64,000 nucleotides of DNA. Source: a bacterium HR35 (GTDB taxonomy: Bacteria > Patescibacteriota > Minisyncoccia > UBA6257 > HR35). The DNA lies in NCBI GenBank assembly GCA_002898235.1, contig BEIL01000001.1, forward strand, positions 125,041-189,040. The letters run 5' to 3'. This document shows, piece after piece, positions 48,778 to 59,825 of this stretch. How positions within the stretch are numbered: position 1 is the first letter of the stretch; the number at the start of each line of letters is the position of its first letter. The position numbers were made by a program, and so were the translations under genes. The notes under the pieces were generated by a model. That model was not told the origin of the DNA. It saw only the letters and a program-made list of their open reading frames with translations, and made no database searches.

Positions 48778-50133
48778 ATGAAAGATTTGGAAAAAATAAT
48801 TGGAATTTTAAAACAAAGAGGTTTTATTTATCAATCGCAGGAAATTTATGGAGGCTTAAGAGGAGTTTATGATTATGGTCCTTTAGGAGTTCTCTTAAAA
48901 AATAAAGTAAAAAATTTATGGCTGAAAGATATTGTCTTTCAAAGAGAAAATATTTTCCTTATTGAATCAAGTATTTTAGGTTTAAGAAAAACTTATGAAG
49001 CCTCAGGTCATTTAGAACATTTTCACGACCCTTTAATTGAATGTAAATCTTGCCACCAAAGATTTAGAGCTGACCATCTTTTAGGAGGGGAATATGGAGA
49101 AATAAAGTTTAAAGAAGGAAAAGCTCTTTGTCCTTTTTGTCAAGGAGAATTAACTGAAGAAAGAACTTTTAATTTGATGTTTAAAACCTATATAGGCCCA
49201 GTTGAAGAATTGGCTGCTGAAGCTTATTTAAGGCCAGAAACGGCTCAAGGAATGTTTTATAACTTTAAAAATATTTTAAACTCAATGAGACCAAAGCTTC
49301 CTTTTGGTATTGCTCAAATAGGAAAAGCTTTTCGAAATGAGATTACTCCTAAAAACTTTCTATTCCGTTTAAGAGAATTTGAACAAATGGAACTAGAATT
49401 TTTTGTTAAACCTGAAGAAGCGGAAAAATGGTTTAACTTTTGGGTTGAAGAAAGATTTAACTGGTATTTAAAATTAGGTTTTAAGAAAGAAAACTTGAAA
49501 AAATATATCTACCCAAAAGAAGAATTAGCTCATTATTCAGATGCTACAATTGATATTCAATACAATTATCCTTTTGGTTTTAAAGAATTAGAGGGGATCG
49601 CTAATCGGACAAATTATGATTTAAGAAGACATTCAGAATATTCAGGAGAAGATTTAACTTACTTTGATGAAGAAAAAAAAGAAAAATATTATCCCTATGT
49701 AATTGAACCTTCGGTTGGGATTGATAGACTATTATTTGCTATTTTTGTTGAATTTTATGATGAAGATGAAATTGATCAAGAAAAAAGAAATGTTTTTCGT
49801 TTTCCTCCTTTTTTAGCTCCAATTGAAGTAGCTGTTTTTCCTCTTTTGAGTAATCGAGAAGTTTTAGTTAAAAAATCTCGGGAAGTTTATAACTTAGTTA
49901 AAAAAGATTTTATTGCTCTTTATGATGATTCTGGATCAATAGGAAAAAGATATCGAAGACAAGATGAAATTGGAACTCCTTTTTGTTTAACAATTGATTT
50001 TCAAACTTTAGAAGATAATACTCTAACAATAAGAGATAGAGATACAACCGAACAAGTTAGAATAAAGATTGAAGAAATAAAAGATTTTCTTAAGGATAAA
50101 TTAAGGTGGGCGGGAGAGGACTCGAACCTCTAA
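48778..50133 (+). CDS. glyQS: Glycine--tRNA ligase (class II, homodimeric archaeal/eukaryal-like glyQS type)
   Basis: QSQEIYGGLRGVYDYGPLG N-terminal block, class II motifs and an anticodon-binding C-terminus. The 3' end overlaps tRNA-Val on the opposite strand by about 27 nt. Confidence 0.9.
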   Translation: MKDLEKIIGILKQRGFIYQSQEIYGGLRGVYDYGPLGVLLKNKVKNLWLKDIVFQRENIFLIESSILGLRKTYEASGHLEHFHDPLIECKSCHQRFRADHLLGGEYGEIKFKEGKALCPFCQGELTEERTFNLMFKTYIGPVEELAAEAYLRPETAQGMFYNFKNILNSMRPKLPFGIAQIGKAFRNEITPKNFLFRLREFEQMELEFFVKPEEAEKWFNFWVEERFNWYLKLGFKKENLKKYIYPKEELAHYSDATIDIQYNYPFGFKELEGIANRTNYDLRRHSEYSGEDLTYFDEEKKEKYYPYVIEPSVGIDRLLFAIFVEFYDEDEIDQEKRNVFRFPPFLAPIEVAVFPLLSNREVLVKKSREVYNLVKKDFIALYDDSGSIGKRYRRQDEIGTPFCLTIDFQTLEDNTLTIRDRDTTEQVRIKIEEIKDFLKDKLRWAGEDSNL

Positions 50134-50180
50134 CCTTCGGCACGTCAAGCCGACGCTCTAGCCAGTTGAGCTACCCGCCC
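50107..50180 (-). tRNA. tRNA-Val (anticodon GAC)
   Basis: Manual fold of GGGCGGG-TA-GCTC..GAGC-G-TCGGC-TTGACGT-GCCGA-..-AGAGG-TTCGAGT-CCTCT-CCCGCCC-A with anticodon GAC. The 3' CC is encoded but not the full CCA. Confidence 0.85.
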
Positions 50181-50550
50181 TTTTTTCTTCAAAAAATTTT
50201 TTAATTTTAGCAACTAAATCGTCTAAAGAAATTTTCGCTTTAACAAAATATTCAATAGCTCCTAACTTTAATCCTTTTTCAACATCTTCTGGCTGGCCCA
50301 ATTGGGAAATAACAAAAACAGGAATAGCTTTAAGATTAGGATCTTTTCTAAAATCTTCTAAAAAATTAAAACCTGTTTTTTTAGGTAAGATAATATCTAA
50401 CAAAACCAAATCAGGTAATTCAGTAATTAATTTTGCTAAACCCTCTTCTCCATCGGAAGCGGTAATCACTTCAAATCCTTCTTTTTTTAATTTTTTTTCT
50501 AAAGCTAATTTTAAGAATTGATCGTCTTCAATTATTAAAATTTTAGGCAT
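50158..50550 (-). CDS. Single-domain response regulator (CheY-like receiver)
   Basis: MPKILIIEDDQ...LLDIILPKKTGF with the phospho-acceptor Asp, and KAIPVFVIS...K. Its 3' end reads about 23 nt into tRNA-Val. Confidence 0.8.
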   Translation of the reverse strand: MPKILIIEDDQFLKLALEKKLKKEGFEVITASDGEEGLAKLITELPDLVLLDIILPKKTGFNFLEDFRKDPNLKAIPVFVISQLGQPEDVEKGLKLGAIEYFVKAKISLDDLVAKIKKFFEEKRAGSSTG

Positions 50551-50561
50551 CTTTATAGTTT

Positions 50562-50603
50562 TTAGAATCTTAACGTTTCGGGTATTTTAGGAAGAGCTTA
50601 GCT
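50562..50603. repeat. 3' arm of the 16S precursor processing stem (complementary to 52183-52223)
   Basis: 50562-50582 ttagaatcttaacgtttcggg is the exact reverse complement of 52203-52223. Complementarity extends with 2-3 mismatches to about 40 bp. Confidence 0.6.
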
Positions 50604-50640
50604 AAGACTCAGCTTAGAAAAGTTTGATCTTAGCTTTTAA

Positions 50641-52177
<1,537 letters not shown>

Positions 52178-52182
52178 GTCTA

Positions 52183-52223
52183 TAGCCAAGCTCTTCTAAA
52201 AACCCGAAACGTTAAGATTCTAA
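52183..52223. repeat. 5' arm of the 16S precursor processing stem (complementary to 50562-50603)
   Basis: Seen directly; this is the partner of the 3' arm at 50562-50603. Confidence 0.6.
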
Positions 52224-52319
52224 TCTAAATAAAAATTAAGAGAGCATTAATATATCAACAATTCATCAAGCTCTCCTAAAACTAACTATTATTATAGCCA
52301 AAAAATGATTTTAAGTCAA

Positions 52320-52766
52320 TTATTGATTATTTCTTTGAGGAGTAGAAGTAGTTAAATTTTGCTGGTTTGTTTGTTGATTAGCTTGGGGCTGAACTCCTTG
52401 AGAAGAAGTTAAAGGAAAATTTCGGGGATTTTTTATAAAATTAACAACAGGCGAATCGTCTTGAAGATAGCTCCAAAAAACAATTTTGTTTTGATTTAAA
52501 TAAATAAAATTCTTTGGTCGCCAAACCGCTTCTGAAAATCTTTGAAGAGATAAATTACCATCTTGTCCTTGAACAATAAAAACCGGATTCTTTAATTTAT
52601 TTCTAAAGAAAAGACCAACTTCTCCAAAATAAATATTTCCTCCTTCTAAAACAACCATAACATATTTTGGTTTAAAAAGATTGGTGAATAAAAACAAAAT
52701 GATTAAACCGAAAAAGAATCCTGAGAGAATAGAAAACATAAAATAAAAATTAATCTTTTTAAACAT
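52320..52766 (-). CDS. Hypothetical membrane-anchored protein with Q/N/T-rich C-terminus
   Basis: N-terminal TM helix; no recognisable domain. Confidence 0.35.
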   Translation of the reverse strand: MFKKINFYFMFSILSGFFFGLIILFLFTNLFKPKYVMVVLEGGNIYFGEVGLFFRNKLKNPVFIVQGQDGNLSLQRFSEAVWRPKNFIYLNQNKIVFWSYLQDDSPVVNFIKNPRNFPLTSSQGVQPQANQQTNQQNLTTSTPQRNNQ

Positions 52767-52770
52767 TTTT

Positions 52771-54189
52771 TTAATTTTCTTCTTTTTCGACCTTAATTTT
52801 TAATTCCTTTAATTGTTCTTCTTCAACTTCACTAGGGATTTCCATCATTAAATCTCTTCCTTCTCCAGTCTTTGGAAAAGCAATAACTTCCCTAATATTA
52901 GGTTCATTTTCTAAAATCATCATAATTCTATCAATTCCTGGAGCAATTCCTCCATGAGGTGGGACTCCAAAACTAAAAGCTTGAAGTAAATGGCCGAATT
53001 TTTTAATGATGTCTTCCCTTTTATTTCCCATTGTTTCAAAAACTTTGATCAAAATTTCTGGATCAGTTGTTCTAATACTTCCTCCGCCAATTTCATAGCC
53101 ATTACAAACAAAATCGTATTGTTCGCTTAGCAAAATTTCCGGTGAAGTTTCTAATGCTCTCAAAAGTTCTTCTTTATCTTTCCTGCCATCAGGAAGTTTT
53201 GGTTGAGTAAAAGGATGATGAACTGCATCCCACCTATTTTCTGTTTCTTTCCATTCAAACATTGGAAAATCAATAATAAAAGCAAAAGCAAGCTCGTTAG
53301 GATTATTAGGATCTTTTCTTAAATCTGGTTTATCGCTTCCATAAATTCTAATTGCTTCTTCATAAGAAATTCTGGGGAAAGGTTTGTAAGTAATTTTCTT
53401 TTCCGGATAAAGCGTCTCCACCATTTCGATAAACATTTCTTCAATAAAATCTAAAACATCATCTCGAGTTACATAACTCATTTCCATATCAAGTTGAGTA
53501 AATTCCGGTTGTCTATCGCCTCGAGGATCTTCATCTCTCAAGCAGCGAGCAATCTGAAAATATCTTTCAAAACCAGCAACCATTAAAAGTTGTTTATACT
53601 GCTGAGGTGATTGAGGTAAGGCATAAAATTTACCAGGAAAAAGTCTACTAGGAACAAGAAAATCTCTTGCCCCTTCAGGCGTTGATTTAGTTAAAATAGG
53701 AGTTTCAATTTCAATAAATCCTCGAGAACTTAAATAATTTCTAAAAAAAAGTAAAACTTTGTGTCTTTTAATTAAATTCTTTTGAAGTCTTCGTCTTCTT
53801 AAATCAAGGTAGCGATATTTAAGTCTTAAAGCTTCATCAATCTCATAGCCAGTTGTTGAAACGTCAAATGGTAAAACTTCTGCTTGAGATAAAATTTCAA
53901 TTGAATCGGCAACTACTTCCACTTTACCTGTTTCTAAATCAGGATTAATTAAATGGGGCGGTCTTTCTCTTACTTTGCCCTTAATTTTTAAAACAAATTC
54001 ACTTTTAATTTTTTTAGCTAATTCAAAGTCTTTCGAAGTTTGATCAACTACTATTTGAACAATTCCACTTCTATCTCTTAAATCAAAAAAAATAATTTTT
54101 CCATGGTCTCTAACTGAATCAACAAAGCCAAAAAGAATCACTTCTTCGCCAATTAAATTTTTACACTCTAAATTTTCTATTTTTTTCAT
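52771..54189 (-). CDS. aspS: Aspartate--tRNA ligase (short form, 472 aa, probably non-discriminating)
   Basis: N-terminal OB anticodon-binding domain and class II core with motif 3 GVPPHGGIAPGIDRIMMIL. Confidence 0.9.
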   Translation of the reverse strand: MKKIENLECKNLIGEEVILFGFVDSVRDHGKIIFFDLRDRSGIVQIVVDQTSKDFELAKKIKSEFVLKIKGKVRERPPHLINPDLETGKVEVVADSIEILSQAEVLPFDVSTTGYEIDEALRLKYRYLDLRRRRLQKNLIKRHKVLLFFRNYLSSRGFIEIETPILTKSTPEGARDFLVPSRLFPGKFYALPQSPQQYKQLLMVAGFERYFQIARCLRDEDPRGDRQPEFTQLDMEMSYVTRDDVLDFIEEMFIEMVETLYPEKKITYKPFPRISYEEAIRIYGSDKPDLRKDPNNPNELAFAFIIDFPMFEWKETENRWDAVHHPFTQPKLPDGRKDKEELLRALETSPEILLSEQYDFVCNGYEIGGGSIRTTDPEILIKVFETMGNKREDIIKKFGHLLQAFSFGVPPHGGIAPGIDRIMMILENEPNIREVIAFPKTGEGRDLMMEIPSEVEEEQLKELKIKVEKEEN

Positions 54190-54233
54190 TATTTCACTCT
54201 AAATTATAAAACCTTTTTTCCAATTTAAAAAAC

Positions 54234-54566
54234 TTAAATTTTAAACATATCAGCATATTTACCAATAAGAGGCAAAGGTTTTTCCTCTCCTCGCAAAACA
54301 TTAATAATTCCCATAACCCAACAAACAAAATATAAAATTAAACCAATTCCTCCTAATAGCCATCCTAAAAATGGTATCCAAATTATTGCTCCACTTAAAA
54401 TTCCTAAAGTTAATAATGTTAAACCTTGCTTTATATGAAATTTAATAAACTCATCATCTTTACCTACCAAAATAGGAATTATTACTAAAATCCCGAAATA
54501 GCTAAAAATAGCAACAATATTTGGTTTATCTTCTCTATTTTGTCTAGGTATATTTTCAGAAGGCAT
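54234..54566 (-). CDS. Small membrane protein, DUF4870-like
   Basis: IVAIFSYFGILVIIPILVGKDDEFIKFHIKQGLTLL pattern and a 3-TM topology. Confidence 0.45.
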   Translation of the reverse strand: MPSENIPRQNREDKPNIVAIFSYFGILVIIPILVGKDDEFIKFHIKQGLTLLTLGILSGAIIWIPFLGWLLGGIGLILYFVCWVMGIINVLRGEEKPLPLIGKYADMFKI

Positions 54567-54660
54567 TTTTTATTAATTCTTTTTTCGACCTTCCAATTAA
54601 AAAAATTTTAAACTAAAATTTAAAATATTCAAACTTTTTTAAAAGGTTTATTATTAACTT

Positions 54661-55542
54661 TTGAAGTTAAATTATCTAATGAAAAAGATTTTAATTTTAT
54701 TTGCCTTATCTTTTATAACAATCTTCATCATTTATTTTTCAACAAGCTATCAAACAAAAAATCTCAATAATGAACATTTAGATGGGAAAAATAAATTAAC
54801 CCCGTCTTCAAGCTTTAATAAAAAAGAATCGATAACATCTACTTCTTCAGATATAAAAGAGAAAATTATTAAAGAACTCGATTTGTCTTTAGAAATCAAA
54901 AATAAAACTACTTTAAAAACTTTTAATGATGATAAATATAAAGTTAGCTTTCAATATCCTGAAAAGTTTGTTATTATTCCTGAAAATGATTGTTCTCGGG
55001 TTTTATTGGAAAATTCTAAAGAAGAAAATTGTCTTTTATCTTTATCAATTTATCCATTAAATGTAAACAAAAAATATATTCCGCCAGCTAGTTTTTGGTT
55101 AATAAAAGATTTAACTTCCGTAAATATCTACGGGCAGACAGTTAGCGTATTTTATGATAAACAATCAAAAAGTTGGGTTGAGGTTTCCTCTATTGATAAA
55201 AAAAAGCTATCAATTTATTCATTCACTTATCAAGGAAAACCAATTTTAAAAGCTCAAAATGGCGGAAGCCATGGTTGGGCTGATTTTTATATTATTCCAG
55301 ATTATAAAAAAAATATAGTTGCTATTTTTTCTTTTATCCAAGAGTATCGCCTTCGGTGCGATTTAATTGAGGATGAAAATGAAAAAAGAGAATGTTTAAA
55401 TTATTTAAATTCTATAATTCAACAATTTGGAGAAAAAGAAAAATCAAAGCAAAGTTATTATGCTGAGGGTTGGCTTCCCCAAGAATTTTTTAAAAATATT
55501 TATTCTGAAGCTGAATCTATTGTAAAAAGCTTAAGTTTTTAA
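54661..55542 (+). CDS. Hypothetical secreted/membrane-anchored protein
   Basis: N-terminal TM or signal segment; no recognisable domain. Confidence 0.35.
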   Translation: MKLNYLMKKILILFALSFITIFIIYFSTSYQTKNLNNEHLDGKNKLTPSSSFNKKESITSTSSDIKEKIIKELDLSLEIKNKTTLKTFNDDKYKVSFQYPEKFVIIPENDCSRVLLENSKEENCLLSLSIYPLNVNKKYIPPASFWLIKDLTSVNIYGQTVSVFYDKQSKSWVEVSSIDKKKLSIYSFTYQGKPILKAQNGGSHGWADFYIIPDYKKNIVAIFSFIQEYRLRCDLIEDENEKRECLNYLNSIIQQFGEKEKSKQSYYAEGWLPQEFFKNIYSEAESIVKSLSF

Positions 55543-55629
55543 TTAAATTAACAAAATTTGTTTTTTTGTATTTTTATTATAAAATTTTATTAAGAACTTT
55601 AAGGCCGAAATTAAATAATTTAAAATAAA

Positions 55630-56121
55630 ATGAAAAAGTTTTTTCTAATTGCTTTATTATTTTTAGCTATTTCTTTATTTGTTTTAGGCCAAGGAACATC
55701 TACGCCTACCTCAACTCCAACTTCAACACCTACAAGCACCTCTACTTCAACACCTTCTACCTCAACGCCAACAACTACTCCATCTAAAGGTCCAAAAAAA
55801 TTAGATCTTGCCTGTGTAAAAGCTGCTGTTGAAAAAAGAGAAGATGCTTTAAAAACTGCTCGAGAAAATTATTTTTCTAAAATAAGTCAAGCTTATGAAG
55901 AAAGAAAGACAGCTTTGAGTAATGCTTGGTCAATTGAAAATCATAAAGAAAGACAAAAAGCAATTCATGATGCTTGGTCAAATTTCCGCAAAGCAGTAAG
56001 AAATGCTTGGGCTGAATATAGAAAAGCTCATAATCAAGCTTGGAAACAATTTGTTAGTGATAGAAAAAATTGTGGTTCAGGTCCAACTGGTGAAAATCCA
56101 GGAGTTGATTTAAGCTTTTAA
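55630..56121 (+). CDS. Hypothetical secreted protein with (TSTP)n linker and repeated helical AW motifs
   Basis: Signal peptide, then TSTPTSTPTSTPTSTSTSTPSTSTPTTTPS, then repeats of the type ..ALSNAWS / IHDAWSNF / VRNAWAEY / HNQAWKQF. Confidence 0.4.
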   Translation: MKKFFLIALLFLAISLFVLGQGTSTPTSTPTSTPTSTSTSTPSTSTPTTTPSKGPKKLDLACVKAAVEKREDALKTARENYFSKISQAYEERKTALSNAWSIENHKERQKAIHDAWSNFRKAVRNAWAEYRKAHNQAWKQFVSDRKNCGSGPTGENPGVDLSF

Positions 56122-56177
56122 AGATTATAATTTATTATAATTTTTTAATTTTTTATTCTTTAATTAGTTTATCAATA

Positions 56178-57071
56178 TTAACCAATATTAACTTCTGAAA
56201 TCCATTTATCTAAGTTTCTTTTTATATATTCAATTTCTTCTTTAAAATTTTTTGATTGGAAATTATATTTCTCCGCATATTTTTTTAGCTCTAATAATCC
56301 CTTTTCTTTCTCGCCTTTAAATATGTAATTTATAAGCAAAGAAATTAACTTACCAAAATAATACTCTTCATTTGAATAAGAACTATAATATCCATTATTT
56401 AATATTTTTTCTAACCTTTTTATTTCATTTTCATAAAAATTAGGAAAATTTTTTAACGATATTTTATAAACCCCATCTTCTAAACTAAAAATAACATAAA
56501 CTTCAGGTGAACAGGCATGACAAACATTCTGATAAAATTCCCAACGACTATCAAGAGCAATTATTTCTTCTACTCCATCATTATTTAAATCTTCTAATTC
56601 TATAAGTTTCAGCCATTTTTCCATCGATTCTTCTGGATAATCAATTTTTATTTTTTCAATCCTTTCATTTCTTATTTTTAAAATTTCAATCCATCTACAT
56701 TGCCAACAATTGCCTCCTGTCCATAAATTTAAAACAATTTCAGGTATCTTATCTCCATCGATATCTTTTAGCCTATATTCTATAGTATGCTCTCTTTTCT
56801 CAAACAAGCTTAAAGATTGATTGGAAGTTAAATTATACACTTTAAAAACCTGCTCTTGAATATCAGAAGGTTTATCTGAAACTTTTTCTAAAAGTAATAA
56901 TAAGAAACTTTTATTTCCTATAAAAATTTTTTCTTTTGAAACAACTTTATACTTCTCATTTACAAAAACTAAATTTTTTTGCCATTTTAAAACTAAGATA
57001 ATTGAAAGAATAGACAATAAAACTAAAACAATCAAAATGGTATTTTTCTTGATAAAATTCATTTTTGACAA
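56178..57071 (-). CDS. Hypothetical membrane-anchored protein with Cys pairs (CWQC...CHAC)
   Basis: N-terminal TM helix; no recognisable domain. Confidence 0.35.
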   Translation of the reverse strand: MSKMNFIKKNTILIVLVLLSILSIILVLKWQKNLVFVNEKYKVVSKEKIFIGNKSFLLLLLEKVSDKPSDIQEQVFKVYNLTSNQSLSLFEKREHTIEYRLKDIDGDKIPEIVLNLWTGGNCWQCRWIEILKIRNERIEKIKIDYPEESMEKWLKLIELEDLNNDGVEEIIALDSRWEFYQNVCHACSPEVYVIFSLEDGVYKISLKNFPNFYENEIKRLEKILNNGYYSSYSNEEYYFGKLISLLINYIFKGEKEKGLLELKKYAEKYNFQSKNFKEEIEYIKRNLDKWISEVNIG

Positions 57072-57180
57072 TTTTTACTTAATCTCCTTTTAATTTCTTC
57101 GACAATTCATCAGGATCAATTTTTATTTTAGGTAATTTTGGCCAAGTATCTAATTTATTAATTATTATTTTAATTTAAAT

Positions 57181-57627
57181 TTATTTTTCAACAACCATTA
57201 CATCTAAATCCTCAAAATCTCTTGCTACTTTTTTGATTATTTCTTTTGCTCTTTCTTTTTCTAATCCTACAACACCAGTGCCAAGAAGAGGAAGAGCTAT
57301 ACTTTTCATCTTATTTTCTTTGCACCAGCTGAAAACCTTAATTAAGACACTTTCAAGCATAGAATAAGAAATCTTTTTAGAATTTTTATAGTCTATCGTT
57401 GGAATATGAACTATCTTTTTAGCTTTTAAATTTCCAGCAGAAGTAATTGCAAAATCTCCTAAATCAACCCAACCTATTTTATCACTTTCTTCTTGAATAA
57501 TTTTTCCTCCTTTTAACAAAATTGCTCTTGCTACCCCACCTCCATGTTTTAATTCAGTATTTGCTGCATTCACTATCACATCAGCCTTTATTTCTGTTAT
57601 ATCTCCTTTAATAAATTGTAAACCCAT
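57181..57627 (-). CDS. Macro domain protein (ADP-ribose / O-acetyl-ADP-ribose binding or hydrolysing)
   Basis: MGLQFIKGDITEIKADVIVNAANTELKHGGGVA is the canonical macro-domain N-terminal block. 148 aa stand-alone. Confidence 0.8.
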   Translation of the reverse strand: MGLQFIKGDITEIKADVIVNAANTELKHGGGVARAILLKGGKIIQEESDKIGWVDLGDFAITSAGNLKAKKIVHIPTIDYKNSKKISYSMLESVLIKVFSWCKENKMKSIALPLLGTGVVGLEKERAKEIIKKVARDFEDLDVMVVEK

Positions 57628-57837
57628 AATTTAATTTTAGCAATTTCAAAATCAAATTTATTATCTTTTAAAATTGCTGCTGTACCAAAAATTTTCAAAA
57701 GGAGAAATTGATAATTTTGAAGAAATTCGTTCTGGAATGCTCGCCTATATCAATGAATTGCGAATGTTGGATTGGTGGGATATAAATCAAATAACGAAAT
57801 TAATAAAACTTAATGCTGTTTAAATGTTTGCTATAAA

Positions 57838-59307
57838 TTATTGATTAATACATTTATATTGTAGCAATAATGAAGTGTAATCTTTTGATATATCCAAAAG
57901 AGATCTCTCAATATTGTCATAACTTTTTAATAGGTCTTCAGTTTCTTTTTTTATTTGATATTTAAATTCAGTAAATAGTGATGGAGAATACAGAAAGGGA
58001 TTAAGTTTTACGTTGTTTAAATATTCTAATCTTAGACTCATATTTCTCAAAGTATTTTTAAAATTATTTATAATATTCAAAAAACCTAATTGAGAAGATA
58101 AAAGTTTTTCTTTATTAATATATTTTAAATTAGGATCATAAGAAAGTTGTGTTACTAATTCTGTCGTTTTATCTAGCTCATCCATCAAATTTGGATATGC
58201 ATATAAAAGTGCATTATACTCGAGAGATATATCTCCCAATTGCAAGATACTATTTCCTTTTTCGAAAACAGATCTTATTTTACTAGATATTGTTTTTATT
58301 AAACTCCAAAAATATGAAATTTCACTATTAATTTCATTACAAATTTGTACTCTCTTTGTTATATCTTCTATTCTTAATCCTAATTTCAAAATATCTAAAG
58401 AAGACTTAATGGTATTTGATGGAATAGCAAATTTTAAAGCTTCCCCTACTTTAATGTCTCCTATGCGTGATTCAGGTATTTTAAATACAGCCATCCCTAT
58501 TACTTTCCCATATTCATCAAATACAGGAGAACCGCTATTACCTGGATATGCTTCTATCGAAATTTCTAAAAATTCTTTGTTATCTAGATTTATTTTTCTA
58601 CTAAATAAACCTTCTTTTACACTAACATCTCCTTCTAAACCTAAAGGATATCCTAATAGATAAATTTTACTTCCTGGAATTAAATTAACAGAATTAGCAA
58701 ACATAATATGTTTTATTTGAGATAGAGGATAATCTATTTTTAGTAAGGCTATATCATTAATTTCGTCATAAGAAATAATTTGAGCATCTAATTCTATTGT
58801 AGGTTTGTATGTATTTAAAACTACTTTTACTACACTACTTGAATCTACAACATGATAATTCGTTAATATATGTCCTTTATTATTCAAAATAAAACCAGTG
58901 CCATTACTGATAGCATTTCCTTTATATGCTTTTATAAAAACCACATTATACTTATAAAAATTAAATAATTCAGTGGCAGTAAATTTTTTATTCGGTATTA
59001 ACTCCTTTAATTTAGAAATGCCTTTGTAATTAAATGCGTATCCAGACCAGTTTCCTATATAATCGTTATAAAAATTTTTTACGGCTTGTACTAAATCTTT
59101 ATCATAAATACCTGAGATTTGATTTTCTGTTAGATATCCTAGTGTTACCAAACATGCTTGAATGTTTTTTATGTTTGTCCCTTTTTGTAAATATCGTGCT
59201 ATTTTAATTTTTTCAGGATTACATTCTTGTGCAAATGTAACTTTAAAAGAAATAAAAATAAGATTTAATAAGAAGAAGCAAATTATAAAAATTTTTAATT
59301 TTTTCAT
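57838..59307 (-). CDS. Secreted trypsin-like serine protease (S1C/Trypsin_2) with N-terminal peptidoglycan-binding domain
   Basis: Signal peptide, PG_binding_1-like block NIQACLVTLGYL..D.DLVQAVKNF, His block GTGFILNNKGHILTNYHVV and Ser block GNSGSPVF. Confidence 0.7.
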   Translation of the reverse strand: MKKLKIFIICFFLLNLIFISFKVTFAQECNPEKIKIARYLQKGTNIKNIQACLVTLGYLTENQISGIYDKDLVQAVKNFYNDYIGNWSGYAFNYKGISKLKELIPNKKFTATELFNFYKYNVVFIKAYKGNAISNGTGFILNNKGHILTNYHVVDSSSVVKVVLNTYKPTIELDAQIISYDEINDIALLKIDYPLSQIKHIMFANSVNLIPGSKIYLLGYPLGLEGDVSVKEGLFSRKINLDNKEFLEISIEAYPGNSGSPVFDEYGKVIGMAVFKIPESRIGDIKVGEALKFAIPSNTIKSSLDILKLGLRIEDITKRVQICNEINSEISYFWSLIKTISSKIRSVFEKGNSILQLGDISLEYNALLYAYPNLMDELDKTTELVTQLSYDPNLKYINKEKLLSSQLGFLNIINNFKNTLRNMSLRLEYLNNVKLNPFLYSPSLFTEFKYQIKKETEDLLKSYDNIERSLLDISKDYTSLLLQYKCINQ

Positions 59308-59369
59308 GTGAATTTTAATGTATTAATCCAATTTTTTAATTCTTACTTATTTTTAAACCAACATTTCAA

Positions 59370-59434
59370 TTTTAACCCCCACATTTTACTTTATATATTT
59401 TTTTAACCCACCTCCTTTACTCTATATATTTTCT
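59370..59434. repeat. Imperfect 33-bp tandem direct repeat upstream of the TerS-like gene
   Basis: TTTTAACCCCCACATTTTACTTTATATATTTTT is followed directly by TTTAACCCACCTCCTTTACTCTATATATTTTCT. Confidence 0.5.
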
Positions 59435-59468
59435 CTATACTCAAATTTTATCATAAAATTTTATTGGA

Positions 59469-59816
59469 ATGAAAAAAATTGGGAGACCAACAAAATATAG
59501 TAAGGAGTTATTGGAAAAGGCTTTTGATTATGCTGAAAACTATAGAAATTATGGGGATGTTATTCCTTGTATTGGGGGATTGGCTTTAGTATTAGGAGTT
59601 CATAAGGATACTATTTATGAATGGGCAAAGAGATATCCAGAATTTTCCGACATGCTGAAGATTTTACATACCAAACAGGTTAAGATTTTAATAAATTTAG
59701 GGTTAGTTGGTAAAGTAAATACAGCTATTGTTAAATTATTATTAGCTAAACAGGGTTATACAGAAAGGCAGGAATTAAGTATAGAAAATAAGAAGATAGT
59801 TGTTTTGGATGCGTAA
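59469..59816 (+). CDS. Phage terminase small subunit-like HTH protein (Terminase_5/gpP-like)
   Basis: GRPTKYSKELLEKAFDYAE...GGLALVLGVHKDTIYEWAKRYPEFSD matches the phage TerS/HTH pattern GRPTKY...G.S...a..LGis..T...W...yPEF. Confidence 0.55.
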   Translation: MKKIGRPTKYSKELLEKAFDYAENYRNYGDVIPCIGGLALVLGVHKDTIYEWAKRYPEFSDMLKILHTKQVKILINLGLVGKVNTAIVKLLLAKQGYTERQELSIENKKIVVLDA

Positions 59817-59825
59817 TAGTAATAG

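Noticed and set aside
50107-50187. CDS ends overlapping tRNA-Val: glyQS on the opposite strand by about 27 nt and the receiver gene on the same strand by about 23 nt. The recombinase ORF also overlaps tRNA-Asn.
   Set aside because: ORF ends are set by the first stop codon, which happens to fall inside the tRNA sequence. The true C-termini may be functional, or the tRNA may simply lack stops in that frame. This is a common artefact in compact AT-rich genomes and is not treated as a finding.
57181-57837. DarTG-like toxin-antitoxin (a macro-domain antitoxin with a DNA ADP-ribosyltransferase partner)
   Set aside because: The macro protein is stand-alone at 148 aa. The adjacent 210-bp gap holds only 20-50-codon ORFs with no DarT-like motifs, and no partner gene is evident. 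It is left as an open possibility under the island finding and not called.
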